Below are positions 15,240-26,870 of a DNA stretch of 64,000 nucleotides, one piece after another. The notes under the pieces are model-generated. The model did no database searches. It was not told where the DNA came from and saw only the letters and a program-made list of their open reading frames with translations. A program made the translations under genes and the position numbers. Each line of letters begins with the position of its first letter. Position 1 is the stretch's first letter. Source of the DNA: an uncultured Alphaproteobacteria bacterium (lineage in GTDB: Bacteria > Pseudomonadota > Alphaproteobacteria > Rhodobacterales > Rhodobacteraceae); NCBI GenBank assembly GCA_963729425.1, contig CAVSOF010000026.1, positions 515,451-579,450 of the forward strand, given 5' to 3'.

Positions 15240-17885
15240 ATGGCCAGCCTGAACGACATCCGCTCCACCTTCCTCGACGGCTTCGCGCGCCACGGGCACG
15301 CGGTGGTCCCCTCGAGCCCGCTCGTGCCGCGAAACGACCCCACGCTGATGTTCGTGAATTCGGGCATGGTGCAGTTCAAGAACGTCTTCACCGGCGTCGA
15401 GCGCCGCGACTACGTCCGCGCGACCACGAGCCAGAAATGCGTCCGCGCGGGCGGCAAGCACAACGACCTCGACAACGTCGGCTACACCGCGCGCCACCAC
15501 ACGTTCTTCGAGATGCTGGGAAACTTCAGCTTCGGCGACTACTTCAAGGCGGACGCGATCGCCTTCGCCTGGGAGCTGCTGACGCGCGACTTCGGCATCG
15601 ATCCGGACCGGCTGCTCGTCACGGTCTACCACACCGACGAGGAGGCTGCCGGGATCTGGCGCCGCGTCGCAGGGCTGCCGGACGAGCGCATCATCCGCAT
15701 CGCGAGCGACGACAACTTCTGGCGGATGGGCCCGACGGGGCCGTGCGGGCCGTGCACCGAGATCTTCTACGACCACGGCGAGCACATCGCGGGCGGCCCC
15801 CCCGGCTCCGCGGACGAGGACGGCGACCGGTTCATCGAGATCTGGAATCTCGTCTTCATGCAGAACGAGCAGCTTCCCGACGGCACGATGCGCCCGCTTG
15901 CGATGCAGTCGATCGACACCGGCATGGGGCTCGAGCGGATCGGCGCGCTGTTGCAGGGCAAGCACGACAATTACGACACCGACCTGATGCGCGCGCTGAT
16001 CGAGGCCTCCGCGCAGGCGACCTCGACCGATCCCGACGGGCCGGACAACGTCCACCACCGGGTGATCGCCGACCATCTGCGCTCGACCTCGTTCCTGATC
16101 GCGGACGGGGTGATGCCGTCGAACGAGGGGCGGGGCTACGTGCTGCGCCGGATCATGCGGCGCGCGATGCGCCATGCCCATCAGGCCGGCGCGCGGGACA
16201 CGGTGATGCACCGCCTCGTTCCGGCACTGGTGGCGCAGATGGGGCAGCACTACCCCGAGCTCGTCCGCGCAAAGGCGCTGATCGAGGAGACATTGCGCGG
16301 CGAGGAGGAGCGGTTCCGCACCACGCTCGAGCGCGGGCTCCGGCTGCTCGAGGACGAGGTCGCGGGGCTTTCGGGCGGCACGCTGGGCGGCGCGACCGCG
16401 TTCAAGCTCTACGACACCTACGGGTTTCCGCTCGACCTGACACAGGACGCGCTGCGCGAGCGCGGGCTCCGGGTCGACGTGGAGGGCTTCGACGCGGCGA
16501 TGGCCGAGCAGAAGGCGCGCGCGCGGGCCGCCTGGGCCGGGTCGGGCGAGAGCGCGGACGGCGCGGTCTGGTTTGAGCTCGCCGAGGCGCACGGCTCCAC
16601 CGAGTTCCTCGGCTACGACACCGAAGAAGCAGAGGGCGAGGTGCAGGCGCTGGTCCGCGACGGCGCAACAGTCGCGTCGGCCGGGCCCGGCGAGGCGGTC
16701 GCGGTGGTGGTGAACCAGACGCCGTTCTACGCGGAGGCCGGCGGGCAGGTGGGCGACACCGGCACGATCCGCACCGCGACGGGGCGCGCGACCGTCGGCG
16801 ACACGCGCCGCGCGGCGGGCGTGACGATGCATCTCGCGACCGTGGAGGAGGGCGAGCTGCGCCCCGGGCAGGCGGCGGAGCTCGTCGTCGACCATGCCCG
16901 CCGCGGCGCGATCCGCGCGAACCATTCGGCAACGCACCTGCTGCATGAGGCGCTCCGCGGCGCGCTCGGCGATCACGTCGCGCAGCGCGGCTCGCTCAAC
17001 GCGCCCGACCGGTTGCGCTTCGACTTCAGCCACGGGCAGGCGGTGACGGCCGAGGAGCTCGCCGCCGTCGAGCGCGAGGTCAACGCGGTGATCCGGCAGG
17101 ACGGCGAGGTCTCCACCCGCATCATGGCGCCCGACGACGCGCGCGCGCTCGGAGCGCAGGCGCTCTTCGGCGAGAAGTACGGCGACGAGGTGCGCGTCGT
17201 GTCGATGGGCGCGCGCGACGGGACGGGGCGCGGCGCGGACGGGCGGACCTGGTCGATCGAGCTCTGCGGCGGCACCCATGTCGGGCGCACCGGCGAGATC
17301 GGGGCCTTCGTCACGCTGGGCGATCAGGCCTCGAGCGCCGGCGTGCGCCGGATCGAGGCGCTGACCGGGCAGGCCGCGCTCGACCACCTGCAGGCGCAGG
17401 ACCGACGGATGGGCGAGCTCGCGACGCTGTTCCGCACGCCCCCCGCCGAGGTCGGCGACCGCGTCCGCGCGCTGATGGACGAGCGGCGCGCCTTGCAAGG
17501 CGAGGTCGTCCGTCTGCGCCGCGACCTCGCCTCCGCCGACGGGGAGGAATCAATCGAGATCAACGGGATGCAGGCCGTCCTTCAGACCCTGTCGGGGGTG
17601 TCGGGCAAGGATCTCGGCCCGATGGTCGACGAACGCAAGCAGGCGCTCGGCTCAGGAATCGTCGTATTGATCGCGGATACGGGCGCCAGGCCCGCGGTCG
17701 CCGCCGGCGTGACGAAGGACCTCGCCGGGCGGGTCTCGGCGGTCGACCTTGTTCACGCCGTCGTCTCAGCACTCGGGGGGCGCGGGGGCGGCGGACGGCC
17801 GGAGTTGGCGCAGGGCGGCGGCGCGGACTTCGCGCAAGCGGACGAGGCGCTCGCCGCCGCGCGCGCGGTGATCGAAGCGGCCTGA
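15240..17885 (+). CDS. alaS: Alanine-tRNA ligase
   Basis: [71 protein letters not shown]. Confidence 0.98.
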   Translation: MASLNDIRSTFLDGFARHGHAVVPSSPLVPRNDPTLMFVNSGMVQFKNVFTGVERRDYVRATTSQKCVRAGGKHNDLDNVGYTARHHTFFEMLGNFSFGDYFKADAIAFAWELLTRDFGIDPDRLLVTVYHTDEEAAGIWRRVAGLPDERIIRIASDDNFWRMGPTGPCGPCTEIFYDHGEHIAGGPPGSADEDGDRFIEIWNLVFMQNEQLPDGTMRPLAMQSIDTGMGLERIGALLQGKHDNYDTDLMRALIEASAQATSTDPDGPDNVHHRVIADHLRSTSFLIADGVMPSNEGRGYVLRRIMRRAMRHAHQAGARDTVMHRLVPALVAQMGQHYPELVRAKALIEETLRGEEERFRTTLERGLRLLEDEVAGLSGGTLGGATAFKLYDTYGFPLDLTQDALRERGLRVDVEGFDAAMAEQKARARAAWAGSGESADGAVWFELAEAHGSTEFLGYDTEEAEGEVQALVRDGATVASAGPGEAVAVVVNQTPFYAEAGGQVGDTGTIRTATGRATVGDTRRAAGVTMHLATVEEGELRPGQAAELVVDHARRGAIRANHSATHLLHEALRGALGDHVAQRGSLNAPDRLRFDFSHGQAVTAEELAAVEREVNAVIRQDGEVSTRIMAPDDARALGAQALFGEKYGDEVRVVSMGARDGTGRGADGRTWSIELCGGTHVGRTGEIGAFVTLGDQASSAGVRRIEALTGQAALDHLQAQDRRMGELATLFRTPPAEVGDRVRALMDERRALQGEVVRLRRDLASADGEESIEINGMQAVLQTLSGVSGKDLGPMVDERKQALGSGIVVLIADTGARPAVAAGVTKDLAGRVSAVDLVHAVVSALGGRGGGGRPELAQGGGADFAQADEALAAARAVIEAA

Positions 17886-18046
17886 GGCTCAGGCACATCG
17901 GAGCCGGCCACGGTCGCGTCCGGTCCAGTGGAGCGATCGGCCGCGACGGGCCGGGCATCCGCTACGCGTAGGCGCTCCGCCTCCATCGACTCGCTGACGG
18001 TGTGGATGTCGAGGCGAGCCGCGCCTCACCCGCCGGGGGGATGAGC

Positions 18047-18068
18047 GGCGACCGGGGCACCGGTCGCC
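18047..18068. terminator. Perfect hairpin between convergent alaS and icd
   Basis: ggcgaccgg-ggca-ccggtcgcc, 9-bp stem, 15 bp downstream of the icd stop. Confidence 0.55.
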
Positions 18069-18083
18069 CCTCGCCCGGACCGA

Positions 18084-19292
18084 TCAGAGCGCCGCCTGCA
18101 GGTTCTCGTCGACTTTCTCGAGGAAGCCTATCGTCGTCAGCCACTTCTGGTCCGGTCCGACGAGGAGTGCGAGGTCCTTGGTCATCGACCCGGCCTCGAC
18201 CGTGTCCACGACCACCTTCTCGAGCGTGGCGGCGAAGGCCGCGAGCCGCTCGTTGCCGTCGAGCTTGGCGCGGTGCTTGAGCCCGCCGGTCCAGGCGTAG
18301 ATCGAGGCGATCGAGTTGGTCGAGGTCTCCTTGCCCGCCTGATGCTGGCGGTAATGGCGCGTGACGGTGCCGTGCGCCGCCTCGGCCTCCACGATCTTGC
18401 CGTCGGGCGTCATCAGCTGCGAGGTCATCAGCCCCAGCGAGCCGAAGCCCTGCGCGACCGTGTCGGACTGCACGTCCCCGTCGTAGTTCTTGCACGCCCA
18501 GACATAGCCGCCCGACCACTTCATCGAGGCGGCGACCATGTCGTCGATCAGCCGGTGCTCGTAGGTGATCTTCTTCGCCGCGAAGTCGTCGGCGAACTCG
18601 GCGTCGAACACCTCCTGGAAGATGTCCTTGAAGCGCCCGTCATAGGCCTTGAGGATCGTGTTCTTGGTCGAGAGGTAGACCGGGAAGCCCCGCCCGAGCC
18701 CGTAGTTCAGCGAGGCGCGCGCGAAGTCGCGGATGCTGTCGTCGAGGTTGTACATCGCGACGGTCACGCCCGCGCCCGGCGCGTCGAACACCTCGCGCTC
18801 GATCGTCTCGCCGTCCTCGCCGACGAACTTGATCGTAAGCTTTCCCTTGCCCGGGAAGCGGAAGTCGGTGGCGCGGTACTGGTCGCCGAAGGCGTGGCGG
18901 CCGACGACGATGGGCTTGGTCCAGCCGGGCACGAGGCGCGGCACGTTCGAGCAGATGATCGGCTCGCGGAAGATCACGCCGCCCAGGATGTTGCGGATCG
19001 TGCCGTTCGGGCTGCGCCACATCTGCTTGAGGCCGAACTCCTCCACCCGCGCCTCGTCGGGCGTGATCGTCGCGCATTTCACGCCGACGCCGACCTCGCG
19101 GATCTTCTCGGCGGCGTCGATGGTGATCTGGTCGTCGGTGTCGTCGCGCGCCTCGATCCCGAGGTCGTAGTAGAGCAGGTCGACGTCGAGATAGGGCAGG
19201 ATCAGCTTCTGCTTGATGAAGTCCCAGATGATGCGGGTCATCTCGTCGCCGTCGAGCTCGACGACGGGGTTCTCGACCTTGATCTTGCTCAT
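18084..19292 (-). CDS. icd: NADP-dependent isocitrate dehydrogenase
   Basis: [52 protein letters not shown]. Confidence 0.98.
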   Translation of the reverse strand: MSKIKVENPVVELDGDEMTRIIWDFIKQKLILPYLDVDLLYYDLGIEARDDTDDQITIDAAEKIREVGVGVKCATITPDEARVEEFGLKQMWRSPNGTIRNILGGVIFREPIICSNVPRLVPGWTKPIVVGRHAFGDQYRATDFRFPGKGKLTIKFVGEDGETIEREVFDAPGAGVTVAMYNLDDSIRDFARASLNYGLGRGFPVYLSTKNTILKAYDGRFKDIFQEVFDAEFADDFAAKKITYEHRLIDDMVAASMKWSGGYVWACKNYDGDVQSDTVAQGFGSLGLMTSQLMTPDGKIVEAEAAHGTVTRHYRQHQAGKETSTNSIASIYAWTGGLKHRAKLDGNERLAAFAATLEKVVVDTVEAGSMTKDLALLVGPDQKWLTTIGFLEKVDENLQAAL

Positions 19293-19387
19293 GCGCGGCG
19301 TCTCCCGGTTCGCGTGTCGCGCGCGGGATAGCAGGACGCCCCCGCCGCCGCTAGGCTGGCCGCATCGCGGATCGGGAGGGCAAGCGA

Positions 19388-20113
19388 ATGGCGGATTACG
19401 TTCTGGTGCACGGAGCCTGGCACGACGGGAGCCTGCTCGGTCCGGTGGCGGACGGGCTGCGCGCGGAGGGCTGGGAGGTCCACACGCCCACCGTCGCGGG
19501 CAACGGGCCGGGTGCGGACCGGGCGGTGACGCTCGAGGACGCGATCGGCTCGATCGCGGACTACCTGAGGGAGCGCGACCTGCGCGACGTGGTGATCGCG
19601 GGCCACAGCTACGGCGGGATGATCGTCTCGGGCCTCTACGACCGGATGCCGGAGCGGTTCCGGCGGCTGGTCTACTGGAACGCCTTCGTGCCGCATGACG
19701 GCGAGAGCCTGATCGACCTCGCGCCGCCGCATATGGGCGGGCTGTTCCACCAGCTCGCGGAGGCCAGCGGCGACGGCAGCTTCGCGCTTCCCTACCCGGT
19801 CTGGCGGGACGTGTTCTTCAACGACGGCGACGACGAGGCGGCGCGAGCGGCTCACGAGCGCCTGAGCCCGCAGGCGATCGCGACCTTCGCCGACGCGATC
19901 GCGCTCGGCTCGCCCCCGGCGGCGTGGGAGGTGGGGAAGTCCTACGTCAACTCGCTCATGGACGCCGCGATGCCGCATTCGAAGGGCTGGCATCCGTTCC
20001 TGTCGGAGCGGCTGGGCATGTTCCGGCTGATCCAGGCGATGGGCGGGCACGAGGGCCTGTTCGTGGACCCCGCGGGCACGGCGCGCGCGCTTCACATGGC
20101 CGGGCGCGACTGA
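19388..20113 (+). CDS. Alpha/beta hydrolase (Abhydrolase_6, methylesterase-like)
   Basis: VLVHGAWH, nucleophile elbow GHSYGG, C-terminal GGH. Confidence 0.85.
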   Translation: MADYVLVHGAWHDGSLLGPVADGLRAEGWEVHTPTVAGNGPGADRAVTLEDAIGSIADYLRERDLRDVVIAGHSYGGMIVSGLYDRMPERFRRLVYWNAFVPHDGESLIDLAPPHMGGLFHQLAEASGDGSFALPYPVWRDVFFNDGDDEAARAAHERLSPQAIATFADAIALGSPPAAWEVGKSYVNSLMDAAMPHSKGWHPFLSERLGMFRLIQAMGGHEGLFVDPAGTARALHMAGRD

Positions 20114-20155
20114 GGCGGGTTCCGCCGGCCCCGTCGGGGGACCGGCGGCGGAAGT

Positions 20156-20572
20156 TCACTCGACGGTGATGACCGTCATCACCAGCTCGCCGTCGACGCG
20201 CACGGGGCCGTCCTCGGTCGCGCCGAGCGTGTACTCGAACACGCCGGTCTCCGTGCCGCCGGCCTCAGAGTGGACCATGAGCATCAGCATCTCGCCGGGC
20301 TCGACCGCCTCGGTGAGGATCGCGGCCACGTCGGTCGTGGAACCGGTACGGATCGGCGCGTAGGCGACGACCGGGCCGGGGGCCATGTCGGCGTCGGTCC
20401 GGTGGACCACGAGGTAACCGTTCTCGGAGGCGGTCACCTCCTCGGCGGTCACGATGCCGTCCGCGACGGACTGGTCGGAGCCGGTGACGGAGGGGGCCAT
20501 CGCGTGCCCCATCGCGAGGGCGGAGGTCGTGGACAGGGCCAGGGCGGCCAGGATCGTGGTCGGCTTCATCAT
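20156..20572 (-). CDS. Secreted beta-sandwich protein (DUF7282-like)
   Basis: Signal peptide; DQSV..G.VT..V.A..NGYLVVH; MLMVH pattern. Confidence 0.6.
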   Translation of the reverse strand: MMKPTTILAALALSTTSALAMGHAMAPSVTGSDQSVADGIVTAEEVTASENGYLVVHRTDADMAPGPVVAYAPIRTGSTTDVAAILTEAVEPGEMLMLMVHSEAGGTETGVFEYTLGATEDGPVRVDGELVMTVITVE

Positions 20573-20708
20573 CGGTCTCCAGGTTGGGTCGAACCCGGAG
20601 ATACGTAGATCGACCGCGAACAGTTGCGAACCGGGATACGGAAAAGGGGCGCGGCGGATCCTCTCCGCCGCGCCCGGTCCGGCGCCTGGTGCTCGACGCG
20701 GTCGCGGG

Positions 20709-21266
20709 TCAGTAGACCTCGCCGACCGATTCGATCTCGGCCTCGATGTCGTCGCCGTCGAACCAGCCCTCGAAGAGGCCTTCCTCCTCGATCGTCACGA
20801 CCATGTCCTGGTCCCGATCGGCCCGGCCGTAGAGCCCGGTGGAGTACTCGTCCGAGGTCAGCATACCGTCGCCGTCGCCGTCGAAGCTCACGAAGTCGTC
20901 GTTGTAGCCGCTGTCATAGAGCGGGCGGAACTCGTTCTGCGACAGGTAGCCCGACCCGTCGATGTCGTAGTCCGTGAAAGGCGCGGACATGCGGTCGGCG
21001 CCGAAGTAGCGCGTCTCGCCGGTCATGTACTCGTCCTCGGTGATCCGCAGGTCCCGATCGGTGTCGAACGTCCGGTAGAGCCCCGTCGCGTACTCGTTCT
21101 GGTTGAGCATCGTGGAGCCGTCACGGTCGAGCGCGTCGTAGTAACCCGTCTCGGCGAAGCCGGCGTCGAAGCGCGTCTGGTCGAGGTCGGGCTCGCCGAA
21201 CATCTGCGCGGCGGCGGTCCCGGCGAGCAGGATGGCGGTGGTCATGGTCAATGCGAAGGTCTTCAT
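20709..21266 (-). CDS. Secreted EF-hand (Ca-binding) repeat protein
   Basis: Signal peptide plus about five DxDxD(G)-type loops (DRDGSTML, DTDRDLRI, DIDGSGYL, DGDGDGML, DRDQDMVV). Confidence 0.8.
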   Translation of the reverse strand: MKTFALTMTTAILLAGTAAAQMFGEPDLDQTRFDAGFAETGYYDALDRDGSTMLNQNEYATGLYRTFDTDRDLRITEDEYMTGETRYFGADRMSAPFTDYDIDGSGYLSQNEFRPLYDSGYNDDFVSFDGDGDGMLTSDEYSTGLYGRADRDQDMVVTIEEEGLFEGWFDGDDIEAEIESVGEVY

Positions 21267-21566
21267 GTCGCGTCTCCCCTCATGCGCCCCGGTCGCTCGA
21301 TGGCGGGGACGCGATGTCTGGTTTCGATGGGAGCAGGACGATCAGAGTCGCTTGGCGTTCCGATCCCCTCCCAAGAAGGTTCGGTGCGGCCCGGCCGCAA
21401 CGGCAGCCGGGCCTACCGCCCCAGGCGTGGAACCGTAAGCGGGACGGATCGCGGTCGACGGCGCAAGCCGCGCGTCTTGTCTGCGATGTCGGTGCCAGCC
21501 ACGTATCGGACGGAGATGAAGTTTCGGTTCGTGCCCGTGATCGCCGCGCCGGGGGGGATGGCGGCC

Positions 21567-21791
21567 TCAGACGCCCTCGCCGTGCGACGCGATCCGCTCC
21601 GCGAGCAGCCGGTCCGCGCGGATCGCCGCGCGCCGGACCCGCACCGAGGTCACGAACGCCTCCTGCAACGTCTGCGACGTCTCGCCGATGGCGCCCGACA
21701 GCGTCGAGATCGCCTCCTCGTCGCCGGTCGCCTCGACATGGGCCACGACCCGCTCGGCCAGCACGTCCGCGAGTTCCTCGGCCTTCGTCAC
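21567..21791 (-). CDS. Small conserved hypothetical protein
   Basis: GTG start overlaps the upstream stop (GTGA); helical ORF KAEELAD..IGETSQTLQEAFVTSVRVRRA. Confidence 0.65.
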   Translation of the reverse strand: MTKAEELADVLAERVVAHVEATGDEEAISTLSGAIGETSQTLQEAFVTSVRVRRAAIRADRLLAERIASHGEGV

Positions 21792-22441
21792 CGCGTCGTC
21801 TCTGTCATGCGGCGCGCGACGTAGGCCTTCACCGAGCCGATCATCGGATCCATGTACGGGTCCTCGAAGAAGTGCCCCGCGCCCTCCATCGTCTCGTGCG
21901 TGACGGTGATGCCCTTCTGCTCGTGCAGCTTGTTGACGAGCGTGACCGTGTCGGCGGGCGGCGCCACGCGGTCGGCGGCCCCGTTGATGATGAGCCCCGA
22001 GGACGGGCAGGGCGCGAGGAAGCTGAAGTCGTAGCGGTCGGCCTGCGGCGAGACGGAGATGAAGCCGGTGATCTCGGGCCGGCGCATCAGAAGCTGCATC
22101 CCGATCCACGCGCCGAACGAGAAGCCCGCGACCCAGCAGTGCTTCGCGTTCGGGTTCATCGCCTGAAGGTAATCGAGCGCGGAGGCCGCGTCCGAGAGCT
22201 CTCCGATCCCCTGGTCGAACTCGCCCTGGCTGCGCCCGACGCCGCGGAAGTTGAAGCGCAGGACGGTGAAGCCAAGCGACTGGAACGCGTAGTGCAGGTT
22301 GTAGACGACGCGGTTGTTCATCGTCCCGCCGAATTGCGGGTGCGGGTGCAGCACGATCGCGATCGGCGCGTCGCGGAGCTTCTGGGGGTGGTAGCGGCCC
22401 TCGAGCCGCCCGTCGGGTCCGGCGAAGATCACTTCGGGCAT
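21788..22441 (-). CDS. Alpha/beta hydrolase divergent from the isc-suf operon
   Basis: MPEVIF.GP.GRLEGRYH, HPHPQFGGTMNN, FNFRGVGRS, GFSFG, HFF. Confidence 0.9.
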   Translation of the reverse strand: MPEVIFAGPDGRLEGRYHPQKLRDAPIAIVLHPHPQFGGTMNNRVVYNLHYAFQSLGFTVLRFNFRGVGRSQGEFDQGIGELSDAASALDYLQAMNPNAKHCWVAGFSFGAWIGMQLLMRRPEITGFISVSPQADRYDFSFLAPCPSSGLIINGAADRVAPPADTVTLVNKLHEQKGITVTHETMEGAGHFFEDPYMDPMIGSVKAYVARRMTETTR

Positions 22442-22568
22442 GGTCGGGGCCTCCGGGTGTCGAGCGGTTGACGCGGACGGCGGGCGGACGATACTCGGCC
22501 GTCCCGGCCATCAGCCGAGCCACGTGCAGCTAGGCTAGGCGGTCCGGCACGTCAACGGAGGCGGCGCG

Positions 22569-23096
22569 GTGAAGCTGAGCACGAAGGGACGCTACGCGAT
22601 GGTCGCGCTCGCGGACCTCGCCCGCCGCGCCGGCGGGGAGGGGGACAACGCGACCGCCTCGCTGGGCGAGATCGCCCGTCGGCAGGACGTCTCGCTGCCC
22701 TATCTCGAGCAGCTCTTCGTCAAGCTCCGCCGCGCGGGGCTCGTCGAGTCGGTCCGCGGCCCGGGCGGGGGCTACCGGCTGTCGCGCGGCGCCTCGGACA
22801 TCCGGGTCTCCGACGTGCTCGAGGCCGTCGACGAGACGGTGAGCGCGCTGCATACCGGGGCGGGCGCGTCGGGCGGCGCGTCGGGCACGTCCGAGCAGGC
22901 GCTGACGACACGGCTCTGGGAGTCGCTCTCGGCCAACGTCTACGTGTTCCTGCACCAGACGCGGCTCTCGGACGTGATCGCCGACGAGCTGACCCCGTGC
23001 CCCGCCGTGCCGAACCTGCTCGTGCTTGTGGACGAGCCCGAACCTGACGCCGCGCCTGGCGCGGACGAGGTGGCGGACGAGGCCGCCGCGCGCTGA
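22569..23096 (+). CDS. iscR: Rrf2 family regulator, Rhodobacter-type IscR
   Basis: MKLSTKGRYA, SLPYLEQLFVKLRRAGLVESVRGPGGGY. Lacks the three-Cys motif and has the single C-terminal PCPAVP Cys of Rhodobacter IscR. Heads the isc-suf operon. Confidence 0.85.
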   Translation: MKLSTKGRYAMVALADLARRAGGEGDNATASLGEIARRQDVSLPYLEQLFVKLRRAGLVESVRGPGGGYRLSRGASDIRVSDVLEAVDETVSALHTGAGASGGASGTSEQALTTRLWESLSANVYVFLHQTRLSDVIADELTPCPAVPNLLVLVDEPEPDAAPGADEVADEAAAR

Positions 23097-23099
23097 GTC

Positions 23100-24137
23100 G
23101 TGCCGCCGCGCGCCTATCTCGACTGGAACGCGACCGCGCCGCTGCGCGCCGAGGCCCGCGCGGCGATGGTCGCCGCACTCGACGTCGCGGGAAACCCGTC
23201 CTCCGTCCACGGCGAGGGGCGGGCGGCGAAGGCGCTCGTGGAGCGCGCGCGGGCGCAGGTGGCGGAGGCGTTCGGCGCGGGCGACGCGGACGTCGTCTTC
23301 ACTTCGGGCGCGACGGAGGCCGCGGCGCTGGCGATGGCCGGCCGCGGGCTCGCCACCGCGCCGGTGGAACACGAGGCGGTCGCAGCTTGGGGCCGCGGCG
23401 CGCTCGCGGTCGGCGCGGACGGTGCGGTCGCCGTGGCCGACCCCCCGGGGACCGCGCTGCAGGCGGCGAACTCCGAGACCGGGGTAATCCAGGACCTGCC
23501 TCCGGGCATCGCCGTCAGCGACATGGTGCAGGCCTTCGGGAAGCTGCCCGTGGGCTTCGACGGGTCCGGCCCGGAGATGGCGCTCATCTCGGCGCACAAG
23601 ATCGGCGGGCCCAAGGGCGTCGGCGCGCTCGTCCTGCGCCGCGGGATCGACGTGGAGGCGCGCATCCGCGGCGGCGGGCAGGAGATGGGGCGGCGCTCGG
23701 GCACCGAGAACGTCGCCGCGATCGCGGGCTTCGGGGCGGCGGCGGAGGCCTCGGCGCGCGATCTGGCCGCGGGTCTCTGGGACGGGGTTGCGCAACTTAG
23801 AACTTTTCTAGAAAACTCCCTTGAGGCCGACGGCGACCTGACTATTTCTGTCGGGAAGGCGGCGCGGCGGTTGCCGAACACGTCCTGCCTGATCACGCGG
23901 GGCTGGCGCGGCGAGACGCAGGTGATGGCGCTCGACCTCGCGGGGTTCGCCGTCAGCGCGGGCTCGGCCTGCTCGAGCGGCAAGGTGCGCGAGAGCGCGG
24001 TGCTGCGGGCCATGGGATACGGGCCGGGCGAGGCCGATTGCGCGATCCGCGTGTCGATCGGCCCGACCACGACGAGGGACGAGGTGGCGCGGTTCGTCGA
24101 GGCGTTCCGCCGGCTCAGGGACAGGAGACGGGCATGA
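23100..24137 (+). CDS. iscS: Cysteine desulfurase (IscS/NifS-like)
   Basis: [44 protein letters not shown]. Confidence 0.85.
   Translation: MPPRAYLDWNATAPLRAEARAAMVAALDVAGNPSSVHGEGRAAKALVERARAQVAEAFGAGDADVVFTSGATEAAALAMAGRGLATAPVEHEAVAAWGRGALAVGADGAVAVADPPGTALQAANSETGVIQDLPPGIAVSDMVQAFGKLPVGFDGSGPEMALISAHKIGGPKGVGALVLRRGIDVEARIRGGGQEMGRRSGTENVAAIAGFGAAAEASARDLAAGLWDGVAQLRTFLENSLEADGDLTISVGKAARRLPNTSCLITRGWRGETQVMALDLAGFAVSAGSACSSGKVRESAVLRAMGYGPGEADCAIRVSIGPTTTRDEVARFVEAFRRLRDRRRA
23796..23812. promoter_or_regulatory. Irr/ICE-like palindrome inside iscS, next to a putative internal sufB promoter
   Basis: cTTAGAActtTTCTAGa resembles ICE TTTAGAA-N3-TTCTAAA. It is an AT-rich patch in a GC-rich CDS, followed by TTGAGG-N16-TATTTC. 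Confidence 0.65.
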
Positions 24138-25651
24138 CGCTGGACGACATGGTGAAGGACGGCGTGGACGCCGAGACCGTCGAGCAGGTCCGCGCGCTGT
24201 CGGGCGCGTACAAGCACGGCTGGAACACCGAGATCGAGATGGACTACGCCCCCAAGGGCTTGTCCGAGGACATCGTGCGCCTGATCTCGTCGAAGAACGA
24301 TGAGCCGGAATGGATGCTCGAATGGCGTCTCGACGCCTATCGCCGCTGGACCAAGCTCGAGGAGCCCCGATGGGCGATGGTCCAGTATCCGGCGATCGAC
24401 TTCCAGGACCAGTACTACTACGCCCGCCCCAAGAGCATGGAGACGAAGCCGAAGTCGCTCGACGAGGTCGATCCGAAGCTGCTCGAGACGTACAAGAAGC
24501 TCGGCATCCCGCTCAAGGAGCAGGCGCTCCTGGCGGGCGTCGAGCCCGAGCCGGGCGAGGCCGATCCCGAGCGCCGCGTGGCGGTGGACGCGGTGTTCGA
24601 CAGCGTCTCGGTCGGGACCACGTTCAAGGCCGAGCTGGCGAAGGCCGGCGTGATCTTCTGCTCGATCTCCGAGGCGATCCGCGAGCATCCCGAGCTGGTG
24701 CGCAAGTATCTGGGCTCGGTGATCCCGGCGACCGACAACTACTACGCCACGCTCAACGCCGCGGTCTTCTCGGACGGCTCGTTCGTCTACGTTCCCAAGG
24801 GCACGCGCTGCCCGATGGAGCTGAGCACCTATTTCCGCATCAACGCCGAGAACACCGGCCAGTTCGAGCGCACGCTGATCATCGCCGACGAGGGCAGCTA
24901 CGTCAGCTACCTCGAGGGCTGCACCGCGCCCAAGCGCGACGTGGCGCAGCTGCACGCGGCCTGCGTCGAGCTCGTCCTGCTCGACGACGCGGAGATCAAG
25001 TACTCGACGGTGCAGAACTGGTATCCCGGCGACGAGGAGGGTCGCGGCGGCATCTACAACTTCGTCACCAAGCGCGCCGATTGCCGGGGCGCGCGCTCCA
25101 AGGTGATGTGGACGCAGGTGGAGACGGGTTCCGCGGTAACGTGGAAATACCCGTCCTGCATTCTGCGCGGCGACGACAGCCAGGGCGAGTTCTACTCCAT
25201 CGCCATCGCCAACAACTTCCAGCAGGCCGACACGGGCACCAAGATGGTCCATCTCGGCAAGCGCACCAAGTCGCGGATCGTGTCCAAGGGCATCTCGGCG
25301 GGGCGCGCGCAGAACACCTATCGCGGCCTCGTCTCGATGCATCCGAGGGCCGTCGAGTCGCGCAACTACACGCAATGCGACTCGCTGCTGATCGGCGGGG
25401 CATGCGGCGCGCACACGGTCCCCTACATCGAGGTCCGCAACAATTCGAGCCGCGTCGAGCACGAGGCGACGACGTCCAAGGTCGACGACGACCAGCTCTT
25501 CTACTGCCGCTCGCGCGGCATGGACGAGGAGGAGGCGGTGGCGCTCGTCGTCAACGGCTTCTGCAAGGAGGTGCTGCAGGCGCTGCCGATGGAGTTCGCG
25601 ATGGAGGCCCAGCAGCTGGTGGCGATCTCGCTCGAGGGCTCGGTGGGGTGA
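24134..25651 (+). CDS. sufB: Fe-S cluster assembly protein SufB
   Basis: [66 protein letters not shown]. Confidence 0.97.
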   Translation: MTLDDMVKDGVDAETVEQVRALSGAYKHGWNTEIEMDYAPKGLSEDIVRLISSKNDEPEWMLEWRLDAYRRWTKLEEPRWAMVQYPAIDFQDQYYYARPKSMETKPKSLDEVDPKLLETYKKLGIPLKEQALLAGVEPEPGEADPERRVAVDAVFDSVSVGTTFKAELAKAGVIFCSISEAIREHPELVRKYLGSVIPATDNYYATLNAAVFSDGSFVYVPKGTRCPMELSTYFRINAENTGQFERTLIIADEGSYVSYLEGCTAPKRDVAQLHAACVELVLLDDAEIKYSTVQNWYPGDEEGRGGIYNFVTKRADCRGARSKVMWTQVETGSAVTWKYPSCILRGDDSQGEFYSIAIANNFQQADTGTKMVHLGKRTKSRIVSKGISAGRAQNTYRGLVSMHPRAVESRNYTQCDSLLIGGACGAHTVPYIEVRNNSSRVEHEATTSKVDDDQLFYCRSRGMDEEEAVALVVNGFCKEVLQALPMEFAMEAQQLVAISLEGSVG

Positions 25652-26100
25652 GCAAAGACCGCAGTATCGAGAATCTTGACCGGATGGGTCGGGAGGCCGC
25701 TGCGCAGGCGCAAATCATCGGTCGCACCGATAATCGCTATTCTTATCGTTTCTTGGACCGGGCGGCGCGAAGCGAGGCCCTTGGACCATCCGAGAGGATC
25801 TCAGGAGGAATGGCGGTTGCGATCAGTCTTGCGATGCTCGGGGCGGTGGTTGGGTTCGCGGTCGCGTTTGTAGCAGACTTGAACCCGGGCCTTGGCCTGC
25901 TGATCGGAGCCGGCGTCGGGGTCGTCGCCTGCTTACCGCTACTCTTCAAGAAGATGCAGGCGCGACGCAGGAAGGAACATGAGGCGATCTTGGCAGGCGA
26001 GGCCGCCGTTCGCGCCGAGAAGAAACGGCGCTACGCGGAAGCGGAGGCTTCGGGCGCTTTCGATCGTTTTGAAAAGGTGAATGCACGTCCTAAGACGTGA
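25648..26100 (+). CDS. Hypothetical two-TM membrane protein inserted between sufB and sufC
   Basis: GTG overlaps the sufB stop; about 150 aa with two hydrophobic helices and a basic tail; more A/T-rich codons than the flanks. Confidence 0.65.
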   Translation: MSKDRSIENLDRMGREAAAQAQIIGRTDNRYSYRFLDRAARSEALGPSERISGGMAVAISLAMLGAVVGFAVAFVADLNPGLGLLIGAGVGVVACLPLLFKKMQARRRKEHEAILAGEAAVRAEKKRRYAEAEASGAFDRFEKVNARPKT

Positions 26101-26114
26101 GGAGGGATGAGCGG

Positions 26115-26869
<755 letters not shown>

Positions 26870-26870
<1 letters not shown>

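Noticed and set aside
20709-21266. Lanmodulin
   Set aside because: The loops lack the D-P-D-x-D-G-T pattern and no xoxF/lanthanide uptake genes are nearby.
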